From assembly GCA_041641305.1 (NCBI GenBank), contig JBEPYN010000002.1:466009-530008 (forward strand): 64,000 bases of DNA, given 5' to 3'. The stretch comes from Nitrososphaerota archaeon (GTDB taxonomy: Archaea; Thermoproteota; Nitrososphaeria_A; Caldarchaeales; Caldarchaeaceae). Position numbers and translations under genes: made by a program. Below, piece after piece: positions 1 to 9,639 of the stretch (positions within the stretch are counted from its first letter, which is position 1; each line of letters begins with the position of its first letter). The notes below the pieces were generated by a model. The model was not told the origin of the DNA. It saw only the letters and a program-made list of their open reading frames with translations, and did no database searches.

Positions 1-25
1 TTAAACATCTTGCAGAATTAGCGCC

Positions 26-508
26 GTGACTGAAAAAATTTCAGTTATTGCCCGGCGCGAGCTTAAATTATTCCCCTGCAGAAACATAGTTGTGAAAGTA
101 GTTTATGACACGGTTGTGTTGAACACAAGGTCGCGGGTTGAGTTGCATGATGTTTCTCATGAGGTTGAGAGAGTTGTCGCGGCGTCTGGTGTGAAGCAGG
201 GGCTGGTGAACGTTTTTTCACAGCACACCACATTCGCCCTCTACCTCAACGAGAACGAGTCAAACCTCAAGCGCGATGTGCTCGAGTTTCTCGAAAAGCT
301 TGCACCCCAGAGAGAAGGATACCACCACGACACAATCGACCCAACCGCCAACACTTTCTCTCACCTCCGCTCCATCCTCCTCAGCCACGTCATAACACTG
401 CCGATAAAAGACGGCAAAGTAGTGAGAGGCACGTGGCAATCCATCATAGCAGCCGAGTTCGACGGCCCACGAACACGCAAACTCCTCGTACAGGTTTTGG
501 GCGAGTAG
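26..508 (+). CDS. YjbQ/UPF0047 family protein (secondary thiamine-phosphate synthase-like)
   Basis: 160 aa ORF. Hallmark UPF0047 motifs: HTTFALYLNENE, C-terminal GTWQSIIAAEFDGPRTRKLLVQV, and SHL..ILLSHVITLPI.DGK. Typical size for the family. Confidence 0.8.
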   Translation: MTEKISVIARRELKLFPCRNIVVKVVYDTVVLNTRSRVELHDVSHEVERVVAASGVKQGLVNVFSQHTTFALYLNENESNLKRDVLEFLEKLAPQREGYHHDTIDPTANTFSHLRSILLSHVITLPIKDGKVVRGTWQSIIAAEFDGPRTRKLLVQVLGE

Positions 509-511
509 AGG

Positions 512-1054
512 CTACACCTTCAACAATCCGCGGAACCCTCTGCTCCCGTAGAAAGATTGTGCACTATTCGCTCCTATGAAGACAGTGTCGTATCTTCTCT
601 GTCCATATATTGCTCCGCCGAGTTTCCTGATTTTCTCCGGTGTTTTAAGCCAGCTGGATGTGCGGAGGTCAAATTCGCTGAAAGACTGCAGCCACCTGTA
701 CTGCTCCTCTGTCAAAACCTCTACACCCATGGATTTGGCCATGTCGAAGACGTTTCCACGTGGCTTGACACCTTTTCTCAGCTTCTCTGCCTCACGGTCG
801 TAGCAGAGATTCCTCCGCCCCTTCGGGCTCTCGGCTGAACAATCCATGAAAACATACTCGTCATCAACGTATGCGACCAGACAAGGCTCACCACCAGTCT
901 CCTCCATCCTGCGAAGAACCGTAAGCTTATCTCGCTCCTCCTGCAGAGCATCCACAACACGCTCCCACACAACACCATCCAACGGAAACCTCTCACGAGC
1001 CCACTCAAACCTCTGCCTCAAAATATTCAGCAACCTCTCCTCAACACCCACCAA
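512..1054 (-). CDS. hypothetical protein (possibly DUF4256-like)
   Basis: 180 aa ORF with no internal stops and non-repetitive composition. Packed between yjbQ and the tRNA. The family assignment is only a recollection. Confidence 0.5.
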   Translation of the reverse strand: MVGVEERLLNILRQRFEWARERFPLDGVVWERVVDALQEERDKLTVLRRMEETGGEPCLVAYVDDEYVFMDCSAESPKGRRNLCYDREAEKLRKGVKPRGNVFDMAKSMGVEVLTEEQYRWLQSFSEFDLRTSSWLKTPEKIRKLGGAIYGQRRYDTVFIGANSAQSFYGSRGFRGLLKV

Positions 1055-1104
1055 GCTCTATCTCACGCCGCATAAGCAACAATGGCTGAATTTATGCAAT
1101 CGTG

Positions 1105-1112
1105 TTTAAATA
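1105..1112 (+). promoter_or_regulatory. TATA box (TTTAAATA) about 27 bp upstream of the tRNA-Arg 5' end
   Basis: AT-rich octamer TTTAAATA centred about 28 nt upstream of tRNA position 1. This is the canonical archaeal TATA-to-start spacing. Confidence 0.45.
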
Positions 1113-1135
1113 TCCTCAAACAAGAATCAAAACAT

Positions 1136-1240
1136 GGGCCCGTAGCTTAGCATGGATAGAGCGCTGGCCTCCGGAGCCAGAGGTCGTGAGCGGCGGTACG
1201 GAAGTGCCGCGCCGGCAGGGTTCAAATCCCACCGGGCCCG
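1136..1240 (+). tRNA. tRNA-Arg (anticodon CCG) with a 30-nt non-canonical intron in the T-arm
   Basis: 7-bp acceptor stem GGGCCCG/CGGGCCC with discriminator G. Anticodon stem CTGGC/GCCAG with loop CTCCGGA (U33, CCG, G37). After removing nt 1188-1217 the T-arm reads GTGGG-TTCAAAT-CCCAC with five Watson-Crick pairs. No CCA is encoded. A T-tract follows at about 1262. Confidence 0.85.
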
Positions 1241-1294
1241 TAAAATATGTCACTGGAGGGGTTGTGGATTTTTAACAAGCCGTGAATATAGCTT

Positions 1295-2179
1295 TTGGGT
1301 GTTATGGTGCAGAGTCTCTCGGCTTACTGGGACTGGGTTGCGAGGACCTCTTTCCATCTCAGACATGATAAGCCAGCGGTCACCGATGTTTTCTACCGCC
1401 AAATTGTTTTGTCCCTGCTTGACCAGCTCGTGTCAGGGAACCCAAGGAGGATTCTCAAACTCGATGCCTACAACGAGGCAACCAACACCCAATACGGCTA
1501 CTATTTGATGAAGAACGACCGGGAACTAGTCCTCGTGGACATATCGTCGGGGATAGCTAAGAAAGCGTACGAAAGAGCCAAGGCGAAAAAGCTCTACGGC
1601 AGAACACATATAGTTGTGGGAGACTTTAGACGATTGCCGCTGCGCTCCGGATGCGTCGACATGTCATGCAGCTTCGGGAGCATCGAACATGTTCCCGAAT
1701 ATGATGTAGCCTTCTGCGAGCAGGTCCGTGTGGTGAAGGAGGGAGGCGAGGTCGTCGTCGGGGTTCCCAACATCGCCAACCTCTGGTTCAGGGTCGTCTC
1801 AACCAAGATACTCCATGTGCTGGGATTGATGAGGAAGATGACAAACCCTGAGAAACATTTTCTCAGGCCACAGCTCATAGCCCTGGCCAAAAGCCTCGGC
1901 CTCTCGGACATAGTTTTCTCCGGCTACCACTTGTTCCCGAAACAGCTCAGGTGGCTGGACCTGTGGCTGGACTCGAGAGGGCGAAACCCTCTCCGTAGAA
2001 GCGGCCTCTTTTTCTGGCTACTGAAGGGCTTCACACTGCTTGAGCTCAAGTATCCGTTTGTGAGAAACTTTGCTGAAATGATTTTGGTTAGAGGTGTCAG
2101 AGTAGTGGGACAGGATAGAGGGCGGCGAAGTATAGGAGATGAAGCAGCAGATAAAGGCCTGTTAAAGCAGTCCACTTGA
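1295..2179 (+). CDS. class I SAM-dependent methyltransferase
   Basis: Methyltransf_11-like core: VLVDISSGIAKKAY (motif I region) and IVVGDFRRLPL...VDMSCSFGSIEHVPE (motif II/post II). The 3' 83 nt overlap the convergent GT39-like gene, so the true C-terminus may be shorter. Confidence 0.75.
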   Translation: MGVMVQSLSAYWDWVARTSFHLRHDKPAVTDVFYRQIVLSLLDQLVSGNPRRILKLDAYNEATNTQYGYYLMKNDRELVLVDISSGIAKKAYERAKAKKLYGRTHIVVGDFRRLPLRSGCVDMSCSFGSIEHVPEYDVAFCEQVRVVKEGGEVVVGVPNIANLWFRVVSTKILHVLGLMRKMTNPEKHFLRPQLIALAKSLGLSDIVFSGYHLFPKQLRWLDLWLDSRGRNPLRRSGLFFWLLKGFTLLELKYPFVRNFAEMILVRGVRVVGQDRGRRSIGDEAADKGLLKQST

Positions 2180-3353
2180 CCGACTTGCCTGAGCTTTCCT
2201 CGTAAAGTCTTTTGCCGAGAAAATATGAGATGGCGATTATTACTGGTGGAAGAATTGTGAGGATATAGAAGAGGTATATCAGGCCTCTGAAGGCCATGTT
2301 GACTATGATCCAGCCCATCAGGCCGCCGAACCAGTAGAGAGATGTAAACCGGCCCAGCGCATCTTTTCTCGCAAGCCACAGCATGTAAAGCATGGCGGGC
2401 ACCATGAAGGCCAGAACTGTCCAGCTCACCTGTATGACATAGCTGTATCTAAGGCCCGGCGTAACCAGCGGCCCCGTAACAACCGTTGCGGGGTTAATCT
2501 GGTATCCGGGAACTATGGCAACGGCCCTTGTCACCGGGTAGTTGAAAAACCACTGCCATATTTCGCTGCGTCCCGCTGCCGTAGGGTTGCTGATGCTCAG
2601 CCTCGAGAGCATCAGCGAAATTCTTTCAACAAGGTTTGATGAACGGGGAACGAGGATGACCCACTCCAGCAAATACCACAGCACGGCGACTGAGACACCG
2701 GTGGCTATGAGAAGCGTCAGCACAGTTTTCCAGTCAAACCGCTGAAGCCAGCTCCTCTCTTTTTTACGAGTTTTTCCACCGGTTTTCCAACCTGTGTACA
2801 GTAGCAGGGGGACAATAACTACGAGCGCCGACTCTTTCGCGAGGAAAGACGCCGCGAATAAAGGCGCCGCCAATATCTTCCGTTTTAAGTTATCGTCCAG
2901 CAGAAAATAGATTCCGGCGAGCAGGAAGACTAGCATGAATATGTCTATGCGGGCTACGCGGGAGAAGTAGAAGGTGAGGGTTTCGAATGAGAAGAGGAAA
3001 GTAGCAATTGGTGTTGCATAGCTATACTCTTTTCGGCCCTGAAACAGTCTGCTAACCACGAGGTAGAAAATAGGTATAGCTATTGTTCCTGCCACAGCGG
3101 ACATTATACGCCATCCAAAGGGGTTGTCGCCGAACACCAGCATGCCTAACGCTATGAGCATCTTGCCCAGCGGAGGATGTCCATACCTAGGGTCTATGGG
3201 CAACCCCTGCTCATTCTGACCCAGGATACTTCTTGCATCTGGCACATAGTAAACCTCGTCACCTATCTGTCTGTCGGGAACATCCAGCTTATACAGCCTG
3301 ATAAAAAAAGAAGCAACAGTCAACAAGATGATGAAGACGATACGCTTATTCAT
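2097..3353 (-). CDS. PMT/GT39-family membrane glycosyltransferase (dolichyl-phosphate-mannose protein mannosyltransferase-like)
   Basis: 418 aa with multiple predicted TM helices. N-terminal loop motif DEVYYVPDARS and overall PMT_2/ArnT-like architecture. Starts with MNKRIVFIILL. Confidence 0.65.
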   Translation of the reverse strand: MNKRIVFIILLTVASFFIRLYKLDVPDRQIGDEVYYVPDARSILGQNEQGLPIDPRYGHPPLGKMLIALGMLVFGDNPFGWRIMSAVAGTIAIPIFYLVVSRLFQGRKEYSYATPIATFLFSFETLTFYFSRVARIDIFMLVFLLAGIYFLLDDNLKRKILAAPLFAASFLAKESALVVIVPLLLYTGWKTGGKTRKKERSWLQRFDWKTVLTLLIATGVSVAVLWYLLEWVILVPRSSNLVERISLMLSRLSISNPTAAGRSEIWQWFFNYPVTRAVAIVPGYQINPATVVTGPLVTPGLRYSYVIQVSWTVLAFMVPAMLYMLWLARKDALGRFTSLYWFGGLMGWIIVNMAFRGLIYLFYILTILPPVIIAISYFLGKRLYEESSGKSVKWTALTGLYLLLHLLYFAALYPVPLL

Positions 3354-3398
3354 TCGAGAACGGTGTCTCTGCTCTTATCTAAAAATTTTAATTTTGAC

Positions 3399-3779
3399 GG
3401 CCCGTTTAAACGAGTTAAGGGTTTGGTTAGAGACCTTGTCTACTGGCTGATGCTGCAGCGGTCCCAGTGGTATAGCAGGGAGAAATTAGCCCGTATTCAG
3501 GCCAAGAAGCTCGGCAAGCTCTTGAAACACGCTTATGAAAAGGTTCCGTTCTACAGAGGGGCTTACCGCGACATGTTTACTGAAGATCTTGGAGAAAATC
3601 CTCTAACGGTGCTGAAAAAGCTTTCCCTCGTATCTAGGAGGATGCTGGCTGAAACTCGGCTTGAGCTGCGGACAGCAACATCCATCAACCCCGCAAAATG
3701 TCTAAAACGGCATACAATGGGATATTCCGGAGAATGTTATACACCAAGGAACTACGCGTTCATGTATCGTGTCTATTAG
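3399..3779 (+). pseudogene. N-terminal fragment of a phenylacetate-CoA ligase (PaaK/F390-synthetase) family gene
   Basis: Residues SREKLARIQAKKLGKLLKHAYEKVPFYRGAYRDMF...LKKLSLVSRRMLAE align with the N-terminus of the intact PaaK at 60573-61883 (SRKDIEENRDKMLRWTVRHAYRNNPFYRKKLDEAK...LVKLPFTTKDELRS). The ORF stops about 125 aa in, just after a degenerate SGxxxxP P-loop. The upstream part of the ORF (3177-3398) is antisense to the GT39 gene. Confidence 0.4.
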
Positions 3780-3816
3780 TCTTCTTAGCGGCTTATGTTG
3801 TTCTGGGGGAGATTGG

Positions 3817-4995
3817 CTAGCTTGTGGCTGCCCATAGTTTCATGAATTTGGAAACCCGTGTTAGAACATTTTTCTCACCCACCGCTGCCCATGTTTTGAT
3901 GTAGTCAACCATGGCATGTGGACCCGTGAGATGTAGCCATTTTACCCGACGCCACGCCATGTTGTAGGCTTCCTCGAGGGCTGTTGTATTTTTTCTCTGG
4001 GCCAAAGCAACTACTTTTTCCATGTTGTAATGCGTAATCTTTGCTATTGTTTTCCTACTGTCCTCGAAGCTTCTGTCCAAGAGTGATAGGGCACTGGCTA
4101 TGACTCCTCCGGCTGTTGATATTATGTCGGGTATTATGTTGATGCCCTTGTGTTCGAGGATGCGGGCGGTTGTTGTGGATATGGAGTAGTTGGCTATAGG
4201 GGCAACTATTCTACAGGGTATCGGCTCCGTGATGGTTTTCGGTCTTGCACCGGGAACGAAAATGTCTGCCTCGATATTTGTGATATTTGTAGGCGGTAGG
4301 AGACGGGAGCCCGGGTTCTTCTCGGCATAGATGTTGAGACATTTTTCTCCATGCTCTGCCCTCATATCCAGCAGCTGGTCTATGTCCAGGCCTTTGTGGT
4401 TTAAGAGAGTATGGTATTTGTTGGAGACCGCTACTATTCTGTAACCACGGCTGCTCAGGAGATAAGCTGCCGCGGTTCCCATGTTTCCAAACCCCTGTAG
4501 TGCAACCGTCTCCACATCAATAAGTTGTTTGATGTGTTTGAGCGTTTCTATGGATGCGTGTAGACTCTCTGCGACGGCAAGCCCTGTGCGTGATGGGATT
4601 GTTTGTCCACTGTGTAGTGTGGGCCGTCGCACGCCACCCAAAAATGAGTAAAGATACTGTACGTCTTCTTCGCTGAACCCCATGTCTGAGCCGGGTATGT
4701 AGCTTCCCTCAACCAGCAACTCTCTGGTTTTTTCAACAAATTTCTGAATCAGGGTTTTCTTGTTCACTGTTTCCGGGTCGGCCGCTATTCCTGTCTTGGC
4801 GCCGCCTACAGGTATACCTGCCAAAGAAGACTTCAGCGTCATCAGACGGGCCAACATCTCTGTCTCAGCTCTTGTCACGTCGCTGGCTATTCTAACTCCG
4901 CCCCAGCTAATCCCCATTATGAAAAAGTCTATGACAAGCCATCCACGGGCTATTCCAAGGTCAAGCTCTACAACCTTTCCCGGACGCACAATCAA
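3817..4995 (-). CDS. Glu/Leu/Phe/Val dehydrogenase family protein
   Basis: GGAKTGI catalytic-Lys motif (GGxKxG) and Rossmann GFGNMG, in a 392-aa protein. Typical for the amino-acid dehydrogenase superfamily. Confidence 0.75.
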   Translation of the reverse strand: MIVRPGKVVELDLGIARGWLVIDFFIMGISWGGVRIASDVTRAETEMLARLMTLKSSLAGIPVGGAKTGIAADPETVNKKTLIQKFVEKTRELLVEGSYIPGSDMGFSEEDVQYLYSFLGGVRRPTLHSGQTIPSRTGLAVAESLHASIETLKHIKQLIDVETVALQGFGNMGTAAAYLLSSRGYRIVAVSNKYHTLLNHKGLDIDQLLDMRAEHGEKCLNIYAEKNPGSRLLPPTNITNIEADIFVPGARPKTITEPIPCRIVAPIANYSISTTTARILEHKGINIIPDIISTAGGVIASALSLLDRSFEDSRKTIAKITHYNMEKVVALAQRKNTTALEEAYNMAWRRVKWLHLTGPHAMVDYIKTWAAVGEKNVLTRVSKFMKLWAATS

Positions 4996-5118
4996 CTACC
5001 TTGAACCATGCGGTGTAGCCAACTTGTTAACCTTTGTTAAGCCCCAAACAGGCCACCCTAGTCCGCGTATTACAACATAGTGGTTAAGGTTTTTTGACTG
5101 GTTTGGATATTTTCTGCT

Positions 5119-6315
5119 GTGCTTTCTTCACTTGATGAGTTGATGGCTCGGCAGGATGTTGACGCCGTTGTTGTATATGGTGAGTCGACGGCTTCTTGTC
5201 CGGAGTTGGCTTATCTTGTGAGGGCGCCGGTTGCGCGGGGTGGGTTGTATCTGAAGAAGAGGGGTGAGGAGCCTTTGCTGGTTGTGAGCAACCTTGACGT
5301 GGAGAGTGCGCGAACTGGTCAGGTGTCTCTGGTCAGGACCTTTGACGACTATGGGTTGAGGTTGTTTGTGCGCAGGTTTGGGCGGGGCCGTGGCTGGGCA
5401 GAGTTTGTTTCAGAGGTTTTGCGGAGGGAGAGAGTAGGTGGATGGATTGTTTTGGCTGGCAGGTTTGAAGCGGGATGGGCGGTTTTTCTCGCGGAGGTTC
5501 TCCGTCGCCGCGGCTTCCGCGTCAAAGCCACTCCGGGGCCCTCGCTGCTCGACATTTGTAGACGAACAAAGGACAGCTGGGAGATTGAACGCATCAGAGA
5601 AGCCGGCCGAAAAACCGTCGCCGTTGCCCAGCGAGTTGAGAAAATTCTTGAGGAAAGCCGCGTGGCGGGTGATAAAGTGCTTTATGAGAAAAAGCCTCTG
5701 ACAGCCAACATCCTCCGACAGAGCGTTCGACAAGCATGCGCCGAACAGGGCCTAAACCTCGTTGAAGGATTTATCCTCGCCGTCGGAGAGGAGTCAGCAG
5801 ACCCACACTACAGCGGCGAAAAAGACACGCCAATAAAACCCGGTGAACCGGTTCTTCTCGACATCTTTCCCGCGGATAAGACGGGCTACCGCTACGATTT
5901 CACAAGAACCTACTGCGTCGGACGAGCCAAACCACTCCTACGCAAAATGTTCACAGACACCGTTGACGCCCAGAACGCGGCGCTGGACATGATCAGGGAT
6001 AATGTTGTCTGCGAAGCCCCGTTTATCCGTGTTTGCAGGCTTTTCATGGCCCGTGGATGGCCCACTCCGCTGAGCAAGCAGCCTGTTGAGAGGGGTTTTG
6101 TTCACGGCCTCGGCCACGGACTTGGTTTGACGATTGGTGAAGAACCCTACCTAACACGATTCAGCCGCGACAACCTTCTCACGGGCGACGTCGTCACTGT
6201 TGAGCCGGGCCTCTATGACAAGAGTTTTGGAGGTGTCCGCGTCGAGGATGTCGTACATGTCGAGGGTGGTGGTTGTGTTGTTTTGGCTGAACATAGGCGG
6301 GAGCTGGAGCTTTAG
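5119..6315 (+). CDS. M24-family metallopeptidase (Xaa-Pro aminopeptidase/prolidase-like)
   Basis: Creatinase-like N-domain followed by the pita-bread domain with metal ligands, including HGLGHGLGLTIGEEP and VEPGLY...GGVRVED. Confidence 0.85.
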   Translation: MLSSLDELMARQDVDAVVVYGESTASCPELAYLVRAPVARGGLYLKKRGEEPLLVVSNLDVESARTGQVSLVRTFDDYGLRLFVRRFGRGRGWAEFVSEVLRRERVGGWIVLAGRFEAGWAVFLAEVLRRRGFRVKATPGPSLLDICRRTKDSWEIERIREAGRKTVAVAQRVEKILEESRVAGDKVLYEKKPLTANILRQSVRQACAEQGLNLVEGFILAVGEESADPHYSGEKDTPIKPGEPVLLDIFPADKTGYRYDFTRTYCVGRAKPLLRKMFTDTVDAQNAALDMIRDNVVCEAPFIRVCRLFMARGWPTPLSKQPVERGFVHGLGHGLGLTIGEEPYLTRFSRDNLLTGDVVTVEPGLYDKSFGGVRVEDVVHVEGGGCVVLAEHRRELEL

Positions 6316-7121
6316 CCGAGGAAAACCCAGAGAGAGTAAGCTGAGAAGGCTCCGTAAAATGATGTCAAAAGATTGACCAGGTCGTTGTTGATAAGCCTGC
6401 TTCCACCGAGATAAAGTGTCTCTTTTCCGCAGTGTTTCTTGACCTCGACAGCTCGGCCACACACGGTGCACCTGTACCTTGACTGGACGAGTCCGCCGAC
6501 GACGCTGTCGAACAGGCTCCCCGTAAACCCTGAGAAAACGCTGACCAGGGCGACCTTGTTGAAGGGCAGCGTGGCTGCGGAGAAGCCTGTGTAGAAGAAA
6601 ATCGTCGCCGTGATGATGAAGCCTGTGACGAAGGCCGACATCAGGCCGAGAGGTGTAACGCCGCCAGGTGTCCCCGGCTCAGTTCTCTTCAAAGAGGTAA
6701 TCAATATGGGCGGTCTTTTAGAGAGGAGGCCCAGTTCTGTCGACATGGTGTCGGCAAAAACCGCTGAGACCGCTCCTACGTAGAGCGGAAGAGCAGTGGA
6801 GGGGTCGTTGAGAAAGTAGCCGGCCGTAGCTATGAGGGCCGCCGCAAGACCGTTGCTTATCACGTTGCTCCATGTCCTCACGCCTCTGCCGTATTCGCCG
6901 TATTTCTCGCGGTAGCGGTATCTTGTGGAGAAGCCAGATACGATGAAGAAGACGAGGAGAAGGAGGAAATGCATTCTGCCCCCGAAAATGTATATCATGT
7001 AGCCCAAGACCGCGGCTGCCCCGGCTCCACGTAGGTCCAAGAAACGACCTGCAAGTGCCGCGGCTCCAACAGCGGCTATGACCACCGTCGCCTCTAAAAA
7101 ATTCGTCAACAAACCCTTCAC
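6312..7121 (-). CDS. integral membrane protein (DUF92/TMEM19-like?)
   Basis: 269 aa and highly hydrophobic, with 6-7 predicted TM helices. 4-nt overlap with hisS upstream and with the convergent peptidase gene. Confidence 0.6.
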   Translation of the reverse strand: MKGLLTNFLEATVVIAAVGAAALAGRFLDLRGAGAAAVLGYMIYIFGGRMHFLLLLVFFIVSGFSTRYRYREKYGEYGRGVRTWSNVISNGLAAALIATAGYFLNDPSTALPLYVGAVSAVFADTMSTELGLLSKRPPILITSLKRTEPGTPGGVTPLGLMSAFVTGFIITATIFFYTGFSAATLPFNKVALVSVFSGFTGSLFDSVVGGLVQSRYRCTVCGRAVEVKKHCGKETLYLGGSRLINNDLVNLLTSFYGAFSAYSLWVFLG

Positions 7122-8386
7122 TTCGCCAACATGTTTAACATCTTTTCAAGCGAGTCGGTGACCTGTGTTCTGGTGGTGAGGTCGCGGAGAGTAACTGTGC
7201 CGTCTGCGGCCTCCCTGTCACCTATGATGACCAGGCTCCTTATTCCCCTGTTCACAGCCGTTTCGATGGCGTCGCCCAGCTTCTTCCGAGACACGTCAAC
7301 AGAAACACTGTATCCATTTTTTCTCAAGAGGTCTGCTACGCGTAGAGCGTAGGATGACGCTTTGTCGGATAATACGGTGAGCAGGATGCTGGGGGGAACG
7401 GTGTAGTCTGTGTTTTTTCTGCTGAGGAGATGCATCTGGATGCGGGTTATGCCGATGGAGCAGCCGACTGCTGGAGTAGGTTTTCCGCCGAAGAGCTCCA
7501 CTAACCCGTCGTAGCGGCCGCCGCCGTTAAACGACAGCTGTTCTCCTTCGAGTTTCTGCTCGAAAATCATACCTGTATAGTATTCGAGGCCTCGTGCAAA
7601 GCCGAGATCCACTTCGATTGAGATGCTTGGGTCAACGTTTCTGATGAGCGAAACAATTGCTTCGAGGTTTTCCAGCGACTGTGATGCCTTGGGCCATGGT
7701 GAAACGATGTCCCGGGCCTTCTCAATCACTTTTATGTCTCCACGGTGTTCGGCGAGGCGCCAAAGCGTTTCCACCGCCTCTTTTTCGAGATGCTGTTCCA
7801 TCAGCTCCCGTGCCTCTGTATACATTTTGCGGTCGAGGAGAGAAAGTACAGTGTCCTGCGTTTTCTGCTCAACATTCTCCATTATTCCACGCAATATCCC
7901 CACGTGCCCAATCTTGAAACGCTGTTCAACAAGCCCAAGCCGTTGGAAAACATCTCTGCTGGCCAAGATAATCTCCGCATCACTCATTGGGTCTCTGCTA
8001 CCGAAAAGCTCAAGACCCCCTTGCCAAAACCTCCTCCTCCTACCCCACTGCGGCTCATCATATCTGTAACAGTCGGCGATGTAGCCAAGACGGAGTGGCA
8101 GAGGCCTCCGCGAAAGCTTGGATGCCACAAGCCGTGCAACAGATGCTGTGACCTCGGGGCGAAGCACGAGTTTGCGGCCGTGAGGGTCGTCGAAAACAAA
8201 CATACGATGCCTAATCTCTTCACCAGACTTCGCCTCAAAGAGTTCGAGATATTCGAGGGTGGGTGTCTCAACCTCCTCGTAGCCATAGAGACGGTAAACC
8301 TCACGGATGACATCCACTATGCGCTGCTTCACCGCGAACTCTTCGGGAAGCAGGTCATCCATACCACGTGGAGGCTCGAATGACAC
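7118..8386 (-). CDS. hisS: histidine--tRNA ligase
   Basis: Class II aaRS motifs: LRPEVTASVARLVA (HisRS motif 2 region) and GGGRYDGLVELFGG (motif 3). C-terminal anticodon-binding domain present. Confidence 0.9.
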   Translation of the reverse strand: MSFEPPRGMDDLLPEEFAVKQRIVDVIREVYRLYGYEEVETPTLEYLELFEAKSGEEIRHRMFVFDDPHGRKLVLRPEVTASVARLVASKLSRRPLPLRLGYIADCYRYDEPQWGRRRRFWQGGLELFGSRDPMSDAEIILASRDVFQRLGLVEQRFKIGHVGILRGIMENVEQKTQDTVLSLLDRKMYTEARELMEQHLEKEAVETLWRLAEHRGDIKVIEKARDIVSPWPKASQSLENLEAIVSLIRNVDPSISIEVDLGFARGLEYYTGMIFEQKLEGEQLSFNGGGRYDGLVELFGGKPTPAVGCSIGITRIQMHLLSRKNTDYTVPPSILLTVLSDKASSYALRVADLLRKNGYSVSVDVSRKKLGDAIETAVNRGIRSLVIIGDREAADGTVTLRDLTTRTQVTDSLEKMLNMLAK

Positions 8387-8480
8387 ACTTCACACCTTCC
8401 CAAACACTTGCCACCTCTCTATAAATGGTTAACAAATTATGTAGCAATCATCCATCAGCGTTAATACATGCCTCGACAGC

Positions 8481-9638
8481 GTGATAGACATGGCCAACGG
8501 CTCCGCTAAACTGGTTGCCGCGGTTGTCGCCGTAGCGGTCGTTTTGGTGGGCCTCAACTTCTTCTTCTACATCACGGTGAGGGAGGATGTTTTACGTCTT
8601 CAGCAAGCGTTTTCTTCGCTGCAGAACCCAACTGTTGAAAAAACGGTCACCCTCGTCTCGCAAGTCACCTCTGTGGTGACCGTCGCGGGAAACCGTCCCA
8701 GCTACGCCGACATCTACGACATGGTGAAGGGCTCGGTGGTTTTGATCCGTGTCTTTTCTCAAGCTGGTGCGGCTGTGGGCACGGGGTTTGTGTATGACAC
8801 GGAGGGCCACATAGTGACAAATAATCACGTTGTCGCAGGTGCTTCAAGCATCAGAGTTGTGTTCTACACGGGGGAGATGTATGCCGCCTCCATAGTTGGC
8901 ACAGATGTTGACAGCGACTTAGCCGTGATAAAGCTGGAGAACCCGCCGAAGAACCTTAAGCCACTTAAGCTCGGCAACTCTACAGAGCTCAGAATAGGTG
9001 AGGAGGTTGTGGCCATCGGTAACCCGTTTGGGCTTGAGGGAACCCTGACCACGGGTGTGGTGAGCCAGAAGGGCAGACTTCTGCCGACGGGCAGAGGCTA
9101 CTCAATACCGGGCGTCATACAGACAGACGCGGCCATCAACCCGGGAAACTCCGGAGGCCCCCTACTCAACATGAGGGGGGAGGTTGTCGGCGTCAACACC
9201 GCGATTGAGCCGGGCGGGGTCGGAATCGGATACGCCGTGCCATCGTCGATAGTTGCCCGGGTTGTTCCAGCCCTGATAAAAGACGGGGTCTATAGACGGA
9301 GCTGGCTTGGGATAAGCGGCACAACCCTTGACATGGACATAGCCTCTGCAGGAGGATACAACGTCACCCGAGGAGTCCTGATAACACAGGTCGTGAACAA
9401 CAGTCCTGCACAGAGAGCTGGTCTAAGAGGAGGGGACAGAACGGTGGTTGTTAACGGTGTTCAGATTGTTGTTGGCGGAGACGTGATAGTAGCCGTCAAC
9501 GGTGTGCCGATACACAGCATCGACGATCTTCTCGTATACATGGAGGAGAAGACCAGCCCCGGCCAAACCATAACGCTAACCATAGTGAGAAACAACCAGT
9601 TTATTGACGTCTCCCTGTCCCTCGCCACGAGGCCGTAG
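8481..9638 (+). CDS. HtrA/DegP-family serine protease with PDZ domain
   Basis: N-terminal TM anchor. Catalytic triad context TNNHVV (His), DLAV (Asp) and GNSGGPL (Ser). C-terminal PDZ domain. Confidence 0.85.
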   Translation: MIDMANGSAKLVAAVVAVAVVLVGLNFFFYITVREDVLRLQQAFSSLQNPTVEKTVTLVSQVTSVVTVAGNRPSYADIYDMVKGSVVLIRVFSQAGAAVGTGFVYDTEGHIVTNNHVVAGASSIRVVFYTGEMYAASIVGTDVDSDLAVIKLENPPKNLKPLKLGNSTELRIGEEVVAIGNPFGLEGTLTTGVVSQKGRLLPTGRGYSIPGVIQTDAAINPGNSGGPLLNMRGEVVGVNTAIEPGGVGIGYAVPSSIVARVVPALIKDGVYRRSWLGISGTTLDMDIASAGGYNVTRGVLITQVVNNSPAQRAGLRGGDRTVVVNGVQIVVGGDVIVAVNGVPIHSIDDLLVYMEEKTSPGQTITLTIVRNNQFIDVSLSLATRP

Positions 9639-9639
9639 A

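Noticed and set aside
3177-3398. 5' part of the 200-aa ORF 3177-3779
   Set aside because: It is antisense to the start of the GT39-like gene and shows no similarity to PaaK. Only the 3' portion (about 3399-3779) looks like genuine ligase-derived coding sequence.
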